A DNA stretch of 64,000 bases, from the NCBI RefSeq assembly GCF_030684315.1, contig NC_081397.1:8866001-8930000 (forward strand), read 5' to 3'. Shown piece by piece: positions 39,407-54,020 of this stretch (positions within the stretch are counted from its first letter, which is position 1; the number at the start of each line of letters is the position of its first letter). A program made the position numbers and the translations under genes. The notes beneath the pieces are model-generated. The model saw nothing but the letters and a program-made list of their open reading frames with translations, made no database searches and was not told where the DNA came from. This DNA is from Stegostoma tigrinum (Eukaryota).

Positions 39407-40399
39407 ATTGGTTTATAGGTGGTCGCCTGAGATCGCGACAGAAAGGTCCAGGAGGGTGAGGGATGTGTTAGAGATGGTCCAGGTGAACTTGAGGTTGGGG
39501 TGGAAGGTTTTGATGAAATGGATGAACTGTTCGAGCTCCTCTTTGGAGCATGAGGCAGCACCAATACATTCATCAATGTAACTGAGGAAGAGGTGGGGTT
39601 TGGGGCCAGTGTAGGTGCGGAAGAGGGACTGTTCCACATTACCTACAAAGAGACAGGCGTAGCTTGGGCCCATTCCTCAGACGACATTTCCATCCTGGGC
39701 GTCCTGCAGTACCCTTAGTTTGCAGGAAAAACAACTCGTATTCCGCTAGGGAACCCTGCAGCCCAATGGAATCAATGTGGATTTCACCAGCTTTAAAATC
39801 TCTCCTCCACACACTGCGTCCCAAAACCAGCCCAGCTCGTCCCAGCCTGCCTAACCTGTTCTTCCTCTCACCTATCCCCTCCTCCCACCTCAAGCCGCAC
39901 CTCCATTTCCACCCTGCTAACCTCATCTTGCCCCCTTGACCTATCTGTCCTCCCCGGGCTGACCGATCCCCTCCCTAACTCCCCATCCATACTCTCCTCT
40001 CCACCTATCTTCTCCTCTGTCCATCATCAGTCCACCTCCCCTCTCTTCCCATTTATTTCAGAATCCTCTGCCCATCCCCCTTTTCTAATGAAGGGTTTAG
40101 GCCCGAAACGTCAGCTTTTGTGCTCCTCAGATGCTGCTTTGCCTGCTGTATTCATCCAGCTCGACACTGTGTTGTCATAAGATTAGACGTGATGTTTTGA
40201 ATTAGGGAGCACATCTAAAGGGTCGAATGGCCGGCAGCTACTCCACTTGCCCATCAGATTGTGAGACAGCCGCAGGGAGGCAGTTACTGACATGTTCCGG
40301 GAAACGATCGAAGTTCATCGTTCAGCTTCTGTTTCACGCTCTTGTTTTTGCGAATTGGAATTGAATCGTGGGAAAGAAAAGTCATTACATACAAACGTT

Positions 40400-40978
40400 C
40401 TCTGCTCTTTCCCCCACAGCCCTCAGTTGCTTTGCTGAAACTGGGAGAAAAGTGAATCGGGGAAATGATCAATTGATATTTGTTTCTGGGAATTATTCGG
40501 AAAAGTAGCGCATGCGCGATTTCCCCCACCCCCTCGAAAAAGAGCATTTGTTTGTTTAGAGGAGCGCATGCGTAAGGCCTTGCCCCAGCGCTGCCATTGA
40601 GGGGCATTGACTCAGTGAGTAGAAGAGGTTTGTTTGAAACAGGCCGCAATGGAGAGACCAGCGCGCAGGGAAGCGAGGGAACAGCAGGCTCCTTCCAGCA
40701 GCGCATCGAGATGTGAGTCTGGGACACAGAGGGGGCTCCGAGACCGGCATTGATTCGGGCTCAGTTCAGGGAGAACCGGGGGCTGTAGGTAAGAGGCCGA
40801 GCGGAGCAGGAACTGGTCCCGGAACTTGAAGAGAGAGGCCTTTCTCGGGCTGTGTGTGGGCCTGCGGAGGGAGACACAGCGGCAAGAAGCTGCTGCTGGG
40901 GGTCAGTCTTGTAGCTTTTAGTCTTCTAAACACTGCTGGAAATTCATTGTTTGGCTTCTGTTTCATGCTGTTTGTTAA
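40400..40978 (+). promoter_or_regulatory. GC-rich promoter / first-exon module, copy 3
   Basis: AGCGCATGCGCG at 40507-40518; AGCGCATGCGTA at 40563-40574; TGACTCA at 40608-40614; ATG at 40649; donors after 40712 (GAT|GTGAGT) and 40788 (TAG|GTAAGA). Confidence 0.65.
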
Positions 40979-41479
40979 CATTGTGCAGTCTAAGTCGAAA
41001 CACAGATAAGACTATGGAAGTATAAGAACCCTGTAACGGACATTGATCAGAGTCAATGTATTCGACAGTTAGTGATTTGGGATTTGGTTACGGCGCAGAC
41101 ATCGCAGTGGCTTTGGGTAGCACCTTACGTAGAGCTGTCCAATTATCGTTCCACTTCTGGATTTTACTCAATTGGTATCGAAGCATATATATTTAAAACA
41201 GAAATTATCCTTAGACAAGGAGCAGCTCAAGGTTAAAATGGAATCAGAGCTGTGTTTGAATTGATGACTTTAAAGTAAAGGCAGAAGTCTCATGACACTG
41301 TCATCATCCGACAGGTTATTTTAAAATGATAGGCTTTTGGAGCACTGGTCTTCATCAGAAGAAGTTAAGGAAAAGAATCATCCTAATAATTACTAACTGA
41401 ATATTACATTAATCTTTTTGACATTGTAAAACTTAGTTGATGTTGATTCACAGGAGTAAACTCTTCTGTCTTCCCCCAG

Positions 41480-41561
41480 GAAAATACTTGCAGGAACAAG
41501 ACAATGTAATACTTGGCCAATACAAAGCTAAGGGTGACCAGCTGCTTCTAACAAACAACAG
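41480..41561 (+). other. Putative 82-nt exon, copy F
   Basis: ctcttctgtcttcccccag|GAAAATACTTG...AAACAACAG|gtatgt. Confidence 0.6.
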
Positions 41562-42399
41562 GTATGTTACCATGTCCGAGCAGAGAACATCCTTTCCACA
41601 GGCACAGAACAAATTGAGTCAGAGATACATTAAACTCAATTTCTGGTGACATGCTTTCAAGACAACAGTCAAACACAACCAACAAAATACAAATAGTTCT
41701 TTCTCTCCCTCTGTTTTCTCAACACACACCACCCCATTTCAAAAAAATTCATCATTTGTAGCCTATTGGCATTTACAACATTTTTGAAAATGAATAGACT
41801 GAATTTTCATCTGAAATAGACACAAAAGAACTGCAGTAAATCTGCATTTAGTAACTATGTTTTCAAAGTTACTGTCAAGGTGAAGAAATAGTTCATGCTG
41901 CTACATAGTTACACCAACCATACATCTAGCAGATAATGAGGACAGATATGGAGGAAAACATTGACATTATTATCAGTAACAGAGCAGGACAGCATTAATC
42001 TTTTGTCAAATAGATGTCCCAGGCACAGCCAGAACAATTAAATAATGTGCCTTCAAAATGCACATCCTGTCCCAAAGCCTAACGTAGAATGCCAGCAGTG
42101 TGTGTGTGCACACTTTCTGGCACACACGCACTCCGCTGAGTTGTAAATATATACACTATCCCCATCACATGTGTTACACCATCTAACAGCCATGAAGATC
42201 ATGTATATTGCAAACCTCAGAATGTGTAATATTGAAGATGACTTCCACTCACGGATTTCAGGTCAGAGAGGTAGCCTTTCATGATAAGAGACAAATAGAA
42301 CAGAATGTGAGCTAAATACTTCAATCCTCATGTGTACATGCACTCCCGTGTTCATAATGTGAATATCACTCATTCATTATATGGGGGGGAAAAAAAATT

Positions 42400-43222
42400 G
42401 GACAAATTTTGTGGAGTTCAGTTCAGGCAAATGCGAGGTGATGCATTTTGGAAGATCCAATTCAAAAGTGAACTATACGGAAAATGGACAAGCCCTGGCA
42501 AAAATTGATGCTCAGAGATCTGGGTGTTCAGGTCCATTGTACCCGAAGGTGGCAACACAGTTCGATAGAATGGCCAAGAAGACATGTTGCATTCTTTGCT
42601 TCATCAGATGGGTCGTTTAGTGCAAGAGTTGGCAGGTCATGTTACAGTTGTATCGGACTTTGGTTTGTACACACTTAGAATCCTGTATACAGTTCAGGTC
42701 GCCACATTACCAAAAGGATCTTGATGCTTTGGAGAAGGTTGCAGAGGAAGTTAACAAAGATGTTGCCTGGTATGGAGGGTGCTAGCTCTGAATAGAGTTT
42801 GAGTACATGAGGATTATTTACATTAGAAAGATGGAGGTTGAGGGGGGACTTGATTGAGGCCTACAGAGTCATGAGTTGCAACAACAGGGTGGATAGCAAG
42901 AAGCTTTTTCCTCGAGTGTGGAACTCGATGACTAGGGGTAATGATTTCAAGGTGAGGGGGGACAAGTATAAGGATGATATGCATGGAAAATTCTTTACAC
43001 CGAGGGCGGTGGGTGCCTGGAAAACTTTGCCAGCGGAGGTGGTAGAGATGTGCGTGATAGTGTCACTTTAAGATGTATCGAGACAGACACAAGACTGGAC
43101 AGGGAGCAGAGGGATACAGATCCTTGGAATATAGGCGACAGGTTTCGGCAGAGGATATGGATCGGCGCAGGCTTGGAGGGCCAAAGGGCCTGTTCCTTTG
43201 CTGGAATTTTTTTTTTGTTCTT
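42400..43222 (+). mobile_element. CR1 LINE 3' fragment; same subfamily as 3391-4456
   Basis: KCEVMHFGRSN, RGDLIEAYRVM, GAWKTLP; shared 3' UTR. Confidence 0.9.
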
Positions 43223-43689
43223 TGACACACTGAATTCCCAAGAAGTAGTCCAAGAAATATATCGAGCAAGAGATTAATTTCACCTCTCTACGTGTTACCA
43301 TCTCATCGACTTAGAGGTAATTAATGTGTCATTTCCTTTTCTACAAACTGGAGAAATTGCATATCAGGACAGGTTTCAGATTGAAATTGACATTGACATT
43401 GCATTTGTTTGCATAAAACTACAAACTGAATAGTGAAAACCATCTGAAACACTTCTACTGTATATAAACTTTGCTATTTAAATAGACCAGAAGGAAATCA
43501 AATATTGACCTGAAATGATACAGAAAATAACCTACATTCAGGCAGATAACCTAGATTGTTGACTATACAATTAATAATGTCTCATACAGTGAGCTTGCAA
43601 CAAGAAATGAACATTAAACTCTAAATGTGTCCAGACCAGAGACAGACCAAGCCGGAATAAGACATAAACCCGACCCTAGAAATTATACA

Positions 43690-44215
43690 GGGAGAGAATG
43701 ATAAATGCATTCACACATTCACAAACCAGATAGCTTCAGGCATAGCCTAATAACTCATCTGTCAGATTTACAGGACAGGATTTGACAGGGCCAAATGGGT
43801 AAATACACTTGCACAGCCATAGAGAAGAAACTGACAGGCACATATTGATAACAGTACACTCATTCACACATCAGAAAGTGACAGGGACAGTAAGATAATT
43901 ACACACACATTCAGACTGCAAAAACTGACAGGTACAGGCTGATAAATACATCCACACATGACAGGAAAGCAAAAGCATAAGCATATGTAGATTGATAACA
44001 ACATTTGCATATTCACAGAAGATTTTGACTAGGACATATTTGTAACACTTTTGCATTCATGAGAGAGGAATTGATGGATATAGATTGATAACTAAACTCT
44101 CATATTTCACAGCAGAAACTGAGAGGGACAGTTGGATGGTTACGCTTATATCTTCACGTGACAGCTACCAACAAGTACGGATCAATGCTTATCACTCACA
44201 CCCATATATTCATAG
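43690..44215 (+). repeat. Degenerate ~49-bp repeat array (inverted paralog of 2.9-4.7 kb); a further array at 46650-47160
   Basis: Same repeat unit; aligns across the empty site of the 3391-4456 CR1. Confidence 0.75.
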
Positions 44216-47200
44216 ATGTCTGCAGCACAGCAAACAGACCTTTCTCTCATTGAACCTGCACTGTTTAGAAACAACCAGCCGACAATTCTACATCAATTCA
44301 GCCAGTATTCAAATTCCATAAATGTGTCATGTTGGCAGATGAAGTATCATCCTCACCTTTATCAGTTGTCAATTGCTTCACCTGGCATGATTAGAATATC
44401 TTTTATTCTATCTTAAGCAAGAGGACTTTATAATCATAGACCTTTTGTTTTCAAATTAGCTTAAATTTTGTTCAAATAGCCCTGTGTTCCTCTTGACATT
44501 CCATCTGAATTTTTACATCAAACACAAGGACGCTTCATGCCATTTTTTTCAAACAAGCAATATAACTACATAACCGTCCTCATTTATATTTTGCAAAGAG
44601 GGTTCAACAGTGTTTATTCTTCAGTAAATTCAGTTTAACGGCCCCAGTTTTACCCACTACATGACAGAAAACAAAAGTTCAACACCGAGCATGTTAATGT
44701 CTGCGCCATAAAACAAAATCGAAGTGAAAAAGCTAATTTTCTTTCCTGCACAAGCAACATTGTGGTCAGTCAGCCACAATGCAGTTCATTTGTTCATTGC
44801 ACTTCATCTTTGGCAATAACATACTAAATTAACATCTTTAGTTTAGCAGCATTCCAAGACTTGTGCCACTATGCAATGTTGAATGATATTAATATCATCC
44901 TGAAAATATCCTTTGATATCACCACAGCGATTAGTCTCTGCAATGTATCCTTTACAAAGATCCATTTATTTTCTGTCCTCAACTCTTGAGGAAAAGCACA
45001 GACGCATTTCAGTTGCAATGTCTTGCATTTTCACTTGCTTATAAATGTTGTAGGCACAAACAACTGAAGAACATAGGCTGTTTCCCATATGCGAAAGGAC
45101 AGATGAACTGAAAACTCTGTCCTCTGCCATGGTGGTAATTGGCTGCCCACTTTCCAAGAAATACTTAATCTGCTCAGTAACGCAATACAGGAAGATGGAA
45201 ATAGGATCAATTGAGTGTATCTGTCTGTCTTGTTTCATAACAGCAGCTCCTGTGCCAATGCACGGTGGGTACAGAATAACTTACAAAGCACGGAGATGCT
45301 GCCAGGTTAGTAGATACCCAGGCAAAAACAAAAGAAAATGCCATTTCTCTTAAATATCACCTGGGTGGGAGAGCTCCTCTTTCATTCAGCATTCATAGGA
45401 CAGGGTAAGAGTGAAGTACTTCAATCCCGGTATGTGAATGCTCTCCTTTAGGATTAAGTATGAGGTATCAGCTTGGCATAAAGTAAATTAGTCATGTTCA
45501 CTACATTAGAAAATACTGAAGCTATTGCATGATCAATGATGAATTCTACTGAAACAGCTCAAGAAGTAAATTGAAAGCCAGATTAAATATGCCTCCAAAT
45601 ATCGCACCATGTCTTAGATTTGGACATGTAACTAATGTATCAATTTCCTTTGTTGGAACTGAACTATAGTAGGCCAAGTCTAAAATGAAATAAACATTAC
45701 AATGTAATTTGCCTCCAAAGAGGTACAAATTAAAAAGCAGCTCTCATCTCGTACAGAAGTACTGCATAAAGGTGTTATTAAATGGACCAAAGAAGAAAGC
45801 AAATAGGGTCGTGAACAGATACAGATGCAAACAGATAACTGGAGATTATTGGCAATGGATTGAAGAAACGCTCACATAATGATCTTGTTACAGGAGGAAT
45901 AAATTTGAAATACACAGTCAGATGAGTGACTGCCCAATCCAGAACCAAACTTACTATCATAACCTGTACAGAGACTCAATATTTGTGGACATTAACCAAA
46001 CTGCATCTACAGAGTCAGAGACTGACAAAGGTATTAAAACAGTTTCATTTACATGATCTGATTCATAGGGCATTGGGTAAAATCTCATTCATGTTGAGCA
46101 GCAGAGATTTGAACAACAGAAGGATGTCAGCAGTTCCTACAAGTAACATGTTCAATGCAACATTACCCATTTGAACATTACCCACAACATTACCCATTCG
46201 TTATCCATGTGAAATATGATGACAAAGCATGAGGAACACATTGACACACAGTGCCAGACACTGAATTGATCCCATGGTGAACGTCAGCCCGATGCTGATG
46301 AAACTAACAATAACCACACTTGCAATCTCAGTGGGAGACTGACTATTTCAGAGAATTCTTACACTCTCTTTATGATTAATGTGTTATAAGTTAGTGCTAT
46401 GATGATTTTATAATACACCTCACCAAGGGTATCAGATCATACATGCCGAGCTAGAAACCCAAACAGACATTTAAAGGACAGTGTGACTTAGACCAATACC
46501 TATCTTTAATTCAGATTGGCAGCTCATTAGAAAACTCTCTCTCATACAACAAACAGATGCTGAAAGGAAAGGAATGAAATTGATGCCTGTGGTCATCATG
46601 GACTGTTGGACCAAAGGTCTGTTTCGCAGCTGTATGACTCTTTGACAATATTACTACCCTCAAATTCACAAAGCAGAAACCGATCGGAAGAAACTTGCAG
46701 TAACACTCCCAAGCCTCATGTGGCATAACGAGGCACTTGTATTCACAGAGCGGAATCTGACAGGGGGAAATAATAATTATATTTCCATATTCACATCACA
46801 GAAACTGAGTGGAAAAGGTTTTCAATTGCACTTCAACATTCACACAGCAGGTAATGACAGGGACAGATTGATCACAATATCCGTATATGCACATAGCCAA
46901 GAATGATCGGTAGAAATAGATAACTGTATTCTCGTATTCGCGTAGAGGAAACTGAGTTATAAATTCATAACTACATTTATATATTCACATCACAGAAACT
47001 GATAGTTGCAGATGAATAACTACATTCTCAGGTTCCCAGAGCAGACGTGGACAGGTACGGATTGAAATTTGCACCCAAATGTTCACGTTGCATGTTCACA
47101 CATCATTATCAACAGATTAATAAGAAAACTCACATCTAAATAACAGAAACAGATACTGATTGCTGTGTGAAGATGCAGTTGTATTTTTCAATCAGTCCCT

Positions 47201-47284
47201 GCCAGTTTTCACAATGTGGATGTGTGATTTTAGTTGTCAATCGATACCTGTCAGTGACTGCCACGTGAATGTGAGGGTAGTGTA

Positions 47285-48445
47285 ATGCATGTTAACTACA
47301 TGGATTTTAGTAAGACATTTGATAAAGTACCATGCAGCAGATGAATCAGAAATAGAAAGGCTCATGGGATACAGAGCAATGTGTTAAATTGGAAGCAAAG
47401 TTGGCTCAGCAACAGGAATCAAATGGTCAATGGCTGCCCTTGTAAATGGAAAGCTGTTTCAGGTGGTGTTTCGCACAGCTCAGTGTTGGGACCGCTGCTG
47501 TTTGTTTTATATGGTAACAACTTGGACTTGAACGTGTGGGTTACGATTGGGAAATTTTCAGCCAACACAAAAATTTATCAGTGTACTGGTAGTGCAGAGG
47601 ATAACTGTCAGCTCCAAAATGATAGAGAAGGTTTGGTGGAAGGGGCAGATGAGTGGCACATGGAGTTCAACTCTGATAAATGTGAGGTAATGCATTTCAA
47701 GAGGTGAAAGGACATGAAATGGGAATACATGAGGTGGTGTGGAAATTGTAGATAAAGTGAGTGGTCTTGGTGTGCAAGTGTACTGGAGTGTGACAATAGC
47801 AGTACAGGTGGATAAGGTTGTTAAACTAGGTATATAGAATGCTGTCCTTCTTTGACAGAGGTATGAAGCACGCAAGTAGGGCCAGAACGATGAAACTATA
47901 TAAGACACTGGTGAGGCTGGAACTGATGTATTGTGTGCTGCTATGGTCACCACATTACAGCAAGATGTTATTGCTCTGGGTATATTGCAGAGAAGATTTA
48001 CTGGAATGTTGCCAGGGCTGGAGAGTTGTAGCTATGAGGAATAATTGTAGAGGTTGAAGCTGTATTATTTTGAACAGTGAAAGCTGGGAGTGCCATGTTT
48101 GAGGCAATTGGGATGGGCAGAGATAGAATCAACAGGGGGAATCTGTTTCCCTTGGCATAGAGTTTAAAACCATCGGGAGTTGATTAAGTGAAGTGGCAAG
48201 AGGATGAGAAATGATGGGAGAAAAACCATTTTTATGAGAGGGTGCTTATCTCAAATATGCTACCTGAGTTGCTGATAGCAGAGATTCTCAACTCTTGTAA
48301 GAACATACCTGGACCTCCACATTAACTCTGTAAGCTGCAGGGCTATGGGATGTATGCAAGAAGATCGGATTATGATGGCCATTTTGGGGTGTTTGGGTCA
48401 GCATGGAGATGATGAGCTCAATGGCCACCTTCTGTGCTGTATAAT
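47285..48445 (+). mobile_element. Old decayed CR1 fragment
   Basis: ORFs 47381-47707 (WLSNRNQ...SVLGPLLFVLY...KCEVMHF) and 47839-48057. Confidence 0.85.
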
Positions 48446-48879
48446 TTAAATTGATCAATAGTTCCTTATCATTCTGTCCCTGCCATTCTCTGCTGTGTAA
48501 TTCATGAGTAATTACCAAAGACTTAGAGGGACACATTGATAACTACAGTCACACATTCACTAAGTAGGAACTAACATGAATAGATCAATAACTAAACTCA
48601 TATCCACTGACAAGCTTCCACTGGGGAGTTCCAGTCATGGAGCTGTACAGGTATCATTTACTTTGAGGACCTCATTCAAATGGTGTTGAAGTTTTTAGAA
48701 ATGATCAGACAAGGAGCAGCTCAGGGCTAGATTGGACCAAGACCCATAGTTATGTCAGAATTCCTAGTGATATTAAAATATCCAAATGATTATTAACTAA
48801 ATGTTGTGTTGATCAGTTAAACATTGTCAAACCCAACTGATGCTGGTTTACACGAACTATCTCTTCTGTTTTCCTGCAG

Positions 48880-48961
48880 AAAAACACTTGAAGGACCAAG
48901 ACAAAGTAAGATTTCTTCAGTACAATGGCAAGTGTGACCAGATCCTTCTGACAAACAGCAG
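48880..48961 (+). other. Putative 82-nt exon, copy G
   Basis: ctcttctgttttcctgcag|AAAAACACTTG...AAACAGCAG|gtatgt. Confidence 0.6.
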
Positions 48962-49299
48962 GTATGTTCCCACTGTCAGAACATCCTTTCCACAGTCACA
49001 GAGCAGATTGAGTCAGACACACAGTGAGCTTAATTTCCAACAGATATGTTCAAACAAACAGTAAAACGACGTTGAGGAAATGAAACTTTATTTTTCTTAT
49101 CTCTCCATTCCAAATGCACAGTTCCAACAAATTTCAGAATTCATCACCCATTGACTTTTACACCATTTTGAAGATGGATAGACTGAAATTATACACTCAG
49201 TATCTGAATGAAATCCACGTAAAATTACTCTCATAGCAACTATCACATAATGAGTCACACCTCCACCGATAATATTCCAGGCTGCTGACAATTAAGCCA

Positions 49300-50080
49300 G
49301 TTTTACAAGTAGAAAATGACCGGTATGGATTGATACCTAACCTCACTCATTTGTATTGCAAATGCTTATGAAAAAAAAATGATGACGAGACTCACATTGA
49401 CATTGCAGAAACGGACAGCTAAAGATTAATAAAGATATTCACACATTCACATCATAGCAACTGGTATGCACACGTTCGTAAACAACACTCACATTCACAT
49501 AGCAAACTGACAGCAACTGAACGGTAGCTACTTTCACATATCCACATAGCAGAAACTGGCAGCTCCATATTGATGACAACTCCCAATTTCATAGACCACA
49601 AAGTGACAGGTACAGATTTGTAACTGCAATCACATATCCACAGATTAAAAAAATACTGACTGTTACAGTTTGATGACTATACTCAAATATTCACAACGTA
49701 TATTCCCACAGGTACACATTGATAACTTTACTGGCAAATTATGAGGTACTGACAGGTACAGGTGCTCGACATGCACATATCCATACGTAAGAAATTGATA
49801 GGAACTGATTGACGATAACCTTAGAGATAGCAAGAGCTGCAGATACTGGAGTCAGCCTTCCCAGTTTTACAAAGCATTAGCTGACAGGTACGGTTTGGTA
49901 ACTACTCTCATATTCACAGAGTAGAAGCCGACAGGCTGTTATTGATAGCTGCACACATGGTCACCAAGCAGAAACTCAGAGATTGATAACAGTGACATTG
50001 AAATTGCAGAAACTGGCGGCTACCCATTGATAACTGCTGTTACACTTGCATTGCAGGAACCGTTGGGGTCAGATTAATAA
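49300..50080 (+). repeat. Degenerate ~49-bp repeat array; resumes at 57405-57840 and 59030-60240
   Basis: Same unit and orientation on both sides of the nested TE cluster. Confidence 0.8.
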
Positions 50081-50081
50081 C

Positions 50082-50738
50082 CATGCTGTTGTTGAATTGC
50101 TTGACAAGCTTGTTGTTGCTTGTTTACAGACATTTTGTCACCATACGACATAATACCTTCAGTGCACCTCTGGTGATGCATTGCTGTTGTGTCCTGCTGG
50201 CTGTTTATGTGCCGCAGTTTGCTGGGGTGGCTGACATCACTTCCGGATTTGTTTCTCAGTGGTTGGTATATGGGATCCTGCTCTATGCATTTGTTAATGG
50301 CATTCCAGTTTGAATATCAGGCCTCCAGGAATTCTCATGCATGTCTTTGGTTGACTTGTCCTCAGATGACTACGTTGTCCCAGTCAAATCGGTGTCCCAC
50401 TTCGTCCATGTGTATTGAGATGAGTGATAGTTGGCCATGTCTCTTGGTAGCTAGATGGTGTTTATGAATTGTGATGTCTAGCTTCCTACCAGTTTGGCCT
50501 TTGTAATGTTTTTGGCATCTGTCCACGATATCTCGCAAATAACGTTGGTTCTGTCAGTTATGGTTGTTGGATCGGGGTAATATGGTGGTCATTTCTGATA
50601 ATGTTTTTCATGTATGGTGGGGAGACCAGTGTCTCTGGATGTGTTGTGTTATCCATTTGTCGTCTGTTGTGCAGGTGTTGAAGGACTACGCTTTTCAGGT
50701 AACCCCGTCATTTCTGTAGACACTGTATCAGTGTTCTT
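50082..50738 (-). mobile_element. Decayed Penelope-like (Poseidon-like) GIY-YIG 3' fragment
   Basis: Manual - strand translation gives HYKGQTGRKL...ISIHMDEVGHRFDWDNV...EFLEA...INKCIEQDPIYQP, with stops. Confidence 0.7.
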
Positions 50739-50739
50739 A

Positions 50740-53700
50740 CATAGAACATTACTGCACAGTACAGGCCCATCAGCCCTCGATGTTGTGCCAACCTGTCATA
50801 CCGATCTGAAGCCCATCTAACCTACAATATTCCATGCACGTCCATATGCTTATCCAATGATGACTTAAATGTACCTAAAGTTGGCGAATCTACTACCGTT
50901 GCAGGCAAAGCGTTCCATTCCCTTACCACTCTCTGAGTAAAGAAACTACCTCTGACATCTGTCCTGTATCTTTCACCCCTCAATTTAAAACTATGCCCCC
51001 TCATGCTCGCTGTCACCATCCTAGGAAAACGGCTGTCCCTATCCACTCTATCTAACCCTCTGATTATTTTATGTGTTTCAATTAAGTCACCTCTCAACCT
51101 TCTTCTCTCCAATGAAAACAGCCTCAGGTCTCTCAGCCTTTCCTCGTAAGACCTTCCCTCCATACCAGGCAACATCCCAGTAAATCTGCTCTGCACCCTT
51201 TCCAAACCTTCCACATCCTTCTTATAATGCGGTGACCAGAACTGTACGCAGTACTCCAAGTGCGGCTGCACCAGAGTTTTGTGCAGCTGCAGCATAACCT
51301 CTTCGTTCCAGAACTCGATCCCTCTATTAATAAAAGCTAAAACACTGTATGCCTTCTTAACAGCCCTGTCAACCTGGGTGGCAACTTTCAAGGATCTGTG
51401 TACGTGGACACCGAGATCGTTCTGCTCATCGCCACTAACAAGAATCTTACCCCAGTACTTTGCCTTCTGGTTACTCCTACCAAAGTGCATCACCTCACAC
51501 TTGTCTGCATTAAACTCCATTTGCCACCTCTCAGCCCAGCTCTGCAGCTTATCTATGTCTCTCTGCAACCTACAGCATCCTTCGTCACTATCTTCAACTC
51601 CGCCGACCTTGGTGTCGTCCGCAAATTTACTAACACATCCTTCTACGCCGTCATCCAGGTCATTTATAAAAATGACAAACAGCAGTGGACCCAACACCGA
51701 CCCTTGCGGTACACCTCTAGTAACTGCTCTCCAGGATGAACATTTCCCATCAACTACCACCCTCTGTCTTCTTTCAGCAGGCCAATTTCCGATCCAAACT
51801 GCTATATCTCCCACAATTCCATTCCTCCGCATTTTGTACAATAGCCTACTGTGGGGAACCTTATCGAATGCCTTGCTGAAATCCAACACATCAACAGGTT
51901 TACTCTCATCTACCTGTTTGGTCACCTTCTCAAAGAACTCAATAAGATTTGTGAGGCACGCCTTTCCCTTCACAAAACCGTGCTGACTATCCCTAATCAA
52001 TTTATTCTTTTCTAGATGATTATAAATCCTATCCCTTATAATCTTTCTAACACGTTGCCAATACCTGAGGTAAGGCTCACTGATCTATAATTATCAGGGT
52101 TGTCTCTACTCCCCTTCTTGAACAGGGGAACCACATTTGCTATCCTCCAGTCATCTGGCCCTATTCCTGCAGACAATGACGAGTTAAAGATCAACGTTAA
52201 AGGCTCGGCAATCTCCTCCCTGGCTTCCCAGAGGATCCTCAGATAAATGCCATCCGGCCCAGAGGACTTATCTATTGTCACCCTCTGTAGGATTTCTAAT
52301 ACCTCTTCCTTGTGAACCTCAATCCCACCCAGTCTAATAGCCTGTATCTCAGTATTCTCCTCGACAACATTGCTGTTTTCAGGAGTGAATACTGTTGAAA
52401 AATATGCATTGAGTGCTTCCCCTATCTCCTCTGACTCCCCACACAATCTACCGCTACTATCCTTGATTGGCCCTCATCTTACTTTTGTCATTCTTTTATT
52501 CCTTAAATACCTATAGAAAGCCTTAGGGTTTACCCTGATCCTATCCGCCAACAACTTCTCATGTCTCCTCCTGGCTCTTCTGAGCTCTCTCTTTAAGTCT
52601 TTCCTGGCTACCCCGTAGCCCTCAAGCACTCTAACTGAGCCTTCACATCTTATCCTAACATAAGTCTTCTTCTTCCTCTTTACCAGAGATTCCACCTCCT
52701 TCATAAACCACGGCTCCCGCGCCGTACAGCTTCCTCCCTGACTGACAGGTACATCCTTATGTAGGACACACAGGAGGTTTTCCTTGAATAAACTCCACAT
52801 TTCTAATGTGCCCATCCCCTGCAGTTTCCTTCCCCATCCTATGCTCCCTAAATCTTGCCTTATCTCATCGTAATTGCCTTTCCCCCAGCTATAACTCTTG
52901 CCCAGTGGTATACACATATCCTTTTCCATCACTAAAGTAAACATAACAGAATTGTGATCGCTATCACTGAAGTGCTCACCTACTTCCAAATCCAACACCT
53001 GGTCGGGCTCTTGCCCAGTACCAAATCTAATGTGGCTTCGCCCCTTGTTGGCCTATCTACATACTGTGTCAGGAAGCCCTCCTGCACACACTGGACAAAA
53101 ACTGACCCATCTATAGTACTTGAACTATAGTGTTCCCAGTCAATATTTGGAAAGTTGAAGTCCCCCATGACAATGACCCAGTCTCTCTCACTCCTATCGA
53201 GAATCATCTTTGCTATCCTTTCCTCTACATCTCTGGAACTATTCGGAGGCCTATAGGAAACTCCCAACAGGGTGACCTCTCCTTTCCTGTTTCTAACCTC
53301 AGCCCATAGTACCTCAGTTGATGAGTCCCCAAACATGCTTTCTGCAACTGTAATCCTTGACCAACAATGCCACACCTCCCTCATTTTACCATCTTCTCTG
53401 TTCTTACTGAAACATCTAAATCCCGGAACCTGCAACAACCATTCCTGTCCCTGCTCTATCCATGTCTCTGAAATGGCCACAACATTGAAGTCCCAGGTAC
53501 TAACCTATGCTGCAAGTTCACCCACCTTATTCCGGACGCTCCTGGCGTTGAAGTAGACACACTTCAAAGCAACTTCTTGCTTGCCGGTGCCATCTTGCAT
53601 CCCTGAAACTTTATTTCTGACCTCCCTACTCTCAACCTTTTCTATCCTCAACCTACAATTTTGGTTCCCATCCCCCTGCTGAATTAGCTTAAACCCACCC

Positions 53701-54020
53701 GAATAGGCTGAGCAAATTTTGCCCCCAGGAGATTGGTACCCCTCTGGTTCAGGTGAAGACCATCTTCCTTGTAGAGGTCCCACCTACCCCAGAAAGAGCC
53801 CCAATTATCCAAGAATCCAAAACCCACCCTCCTGCACCATCCCTGTAGCCACGTGTTCAACTCCTCTCTCTCCCTATTCCTCGCCTCACTAGCACATGGC
53901 ACGGGCAACAAACCAGAGACGACAACTCTGTTCGTCCTAGCTCTCAGCTTCCATCCTAGCTCCCTGAATTTCTGCCTTAAATCCCCATCTCTCTTCCTAC
54001 CTATGTCGTTGGTGCCAATG
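50740..54020 (-). mobile_element. Near-full-length CR1 LINE: ORF1 SGNH-esterase C-terminus and frameshifted ORF2 (APE endonuclease and RT)
   Basis: 53684-53911 (LNTWLQGWC...DGLHLN); 52980-53480 (ISETW...YRPP...GDFNFP...LDLVL); 52474-52998 (SDHN); 52036-52446; 50822-52000 (QHGF...DFSKAFDKV...PQGSVLGP...FADD). Confidence 0.96.

Larger units (their letters stand above)
38390..40178 (-). mobile_element. Rearranged Penelope-like element: RT-linker-GIY-YIG on the - strand and an inverted 3' terminal repeat at 39672-40178
   Basis: ORF 39413-39673 (MGPSYACLFVG...YIDECIG...FHPNLKFTW); ORF 38457-39014 (RIPLVLTYHP...PCNCKKCYTC...YCIRCTWCGLLCIGETK). Confidence 0.9.

Noticed and set aside
50822-52000. 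392-aa RT ORF as an active or domesticated gene
   Set aside because: It is one piece of a CR1 ORF2 with several frameshifts and small deletions.
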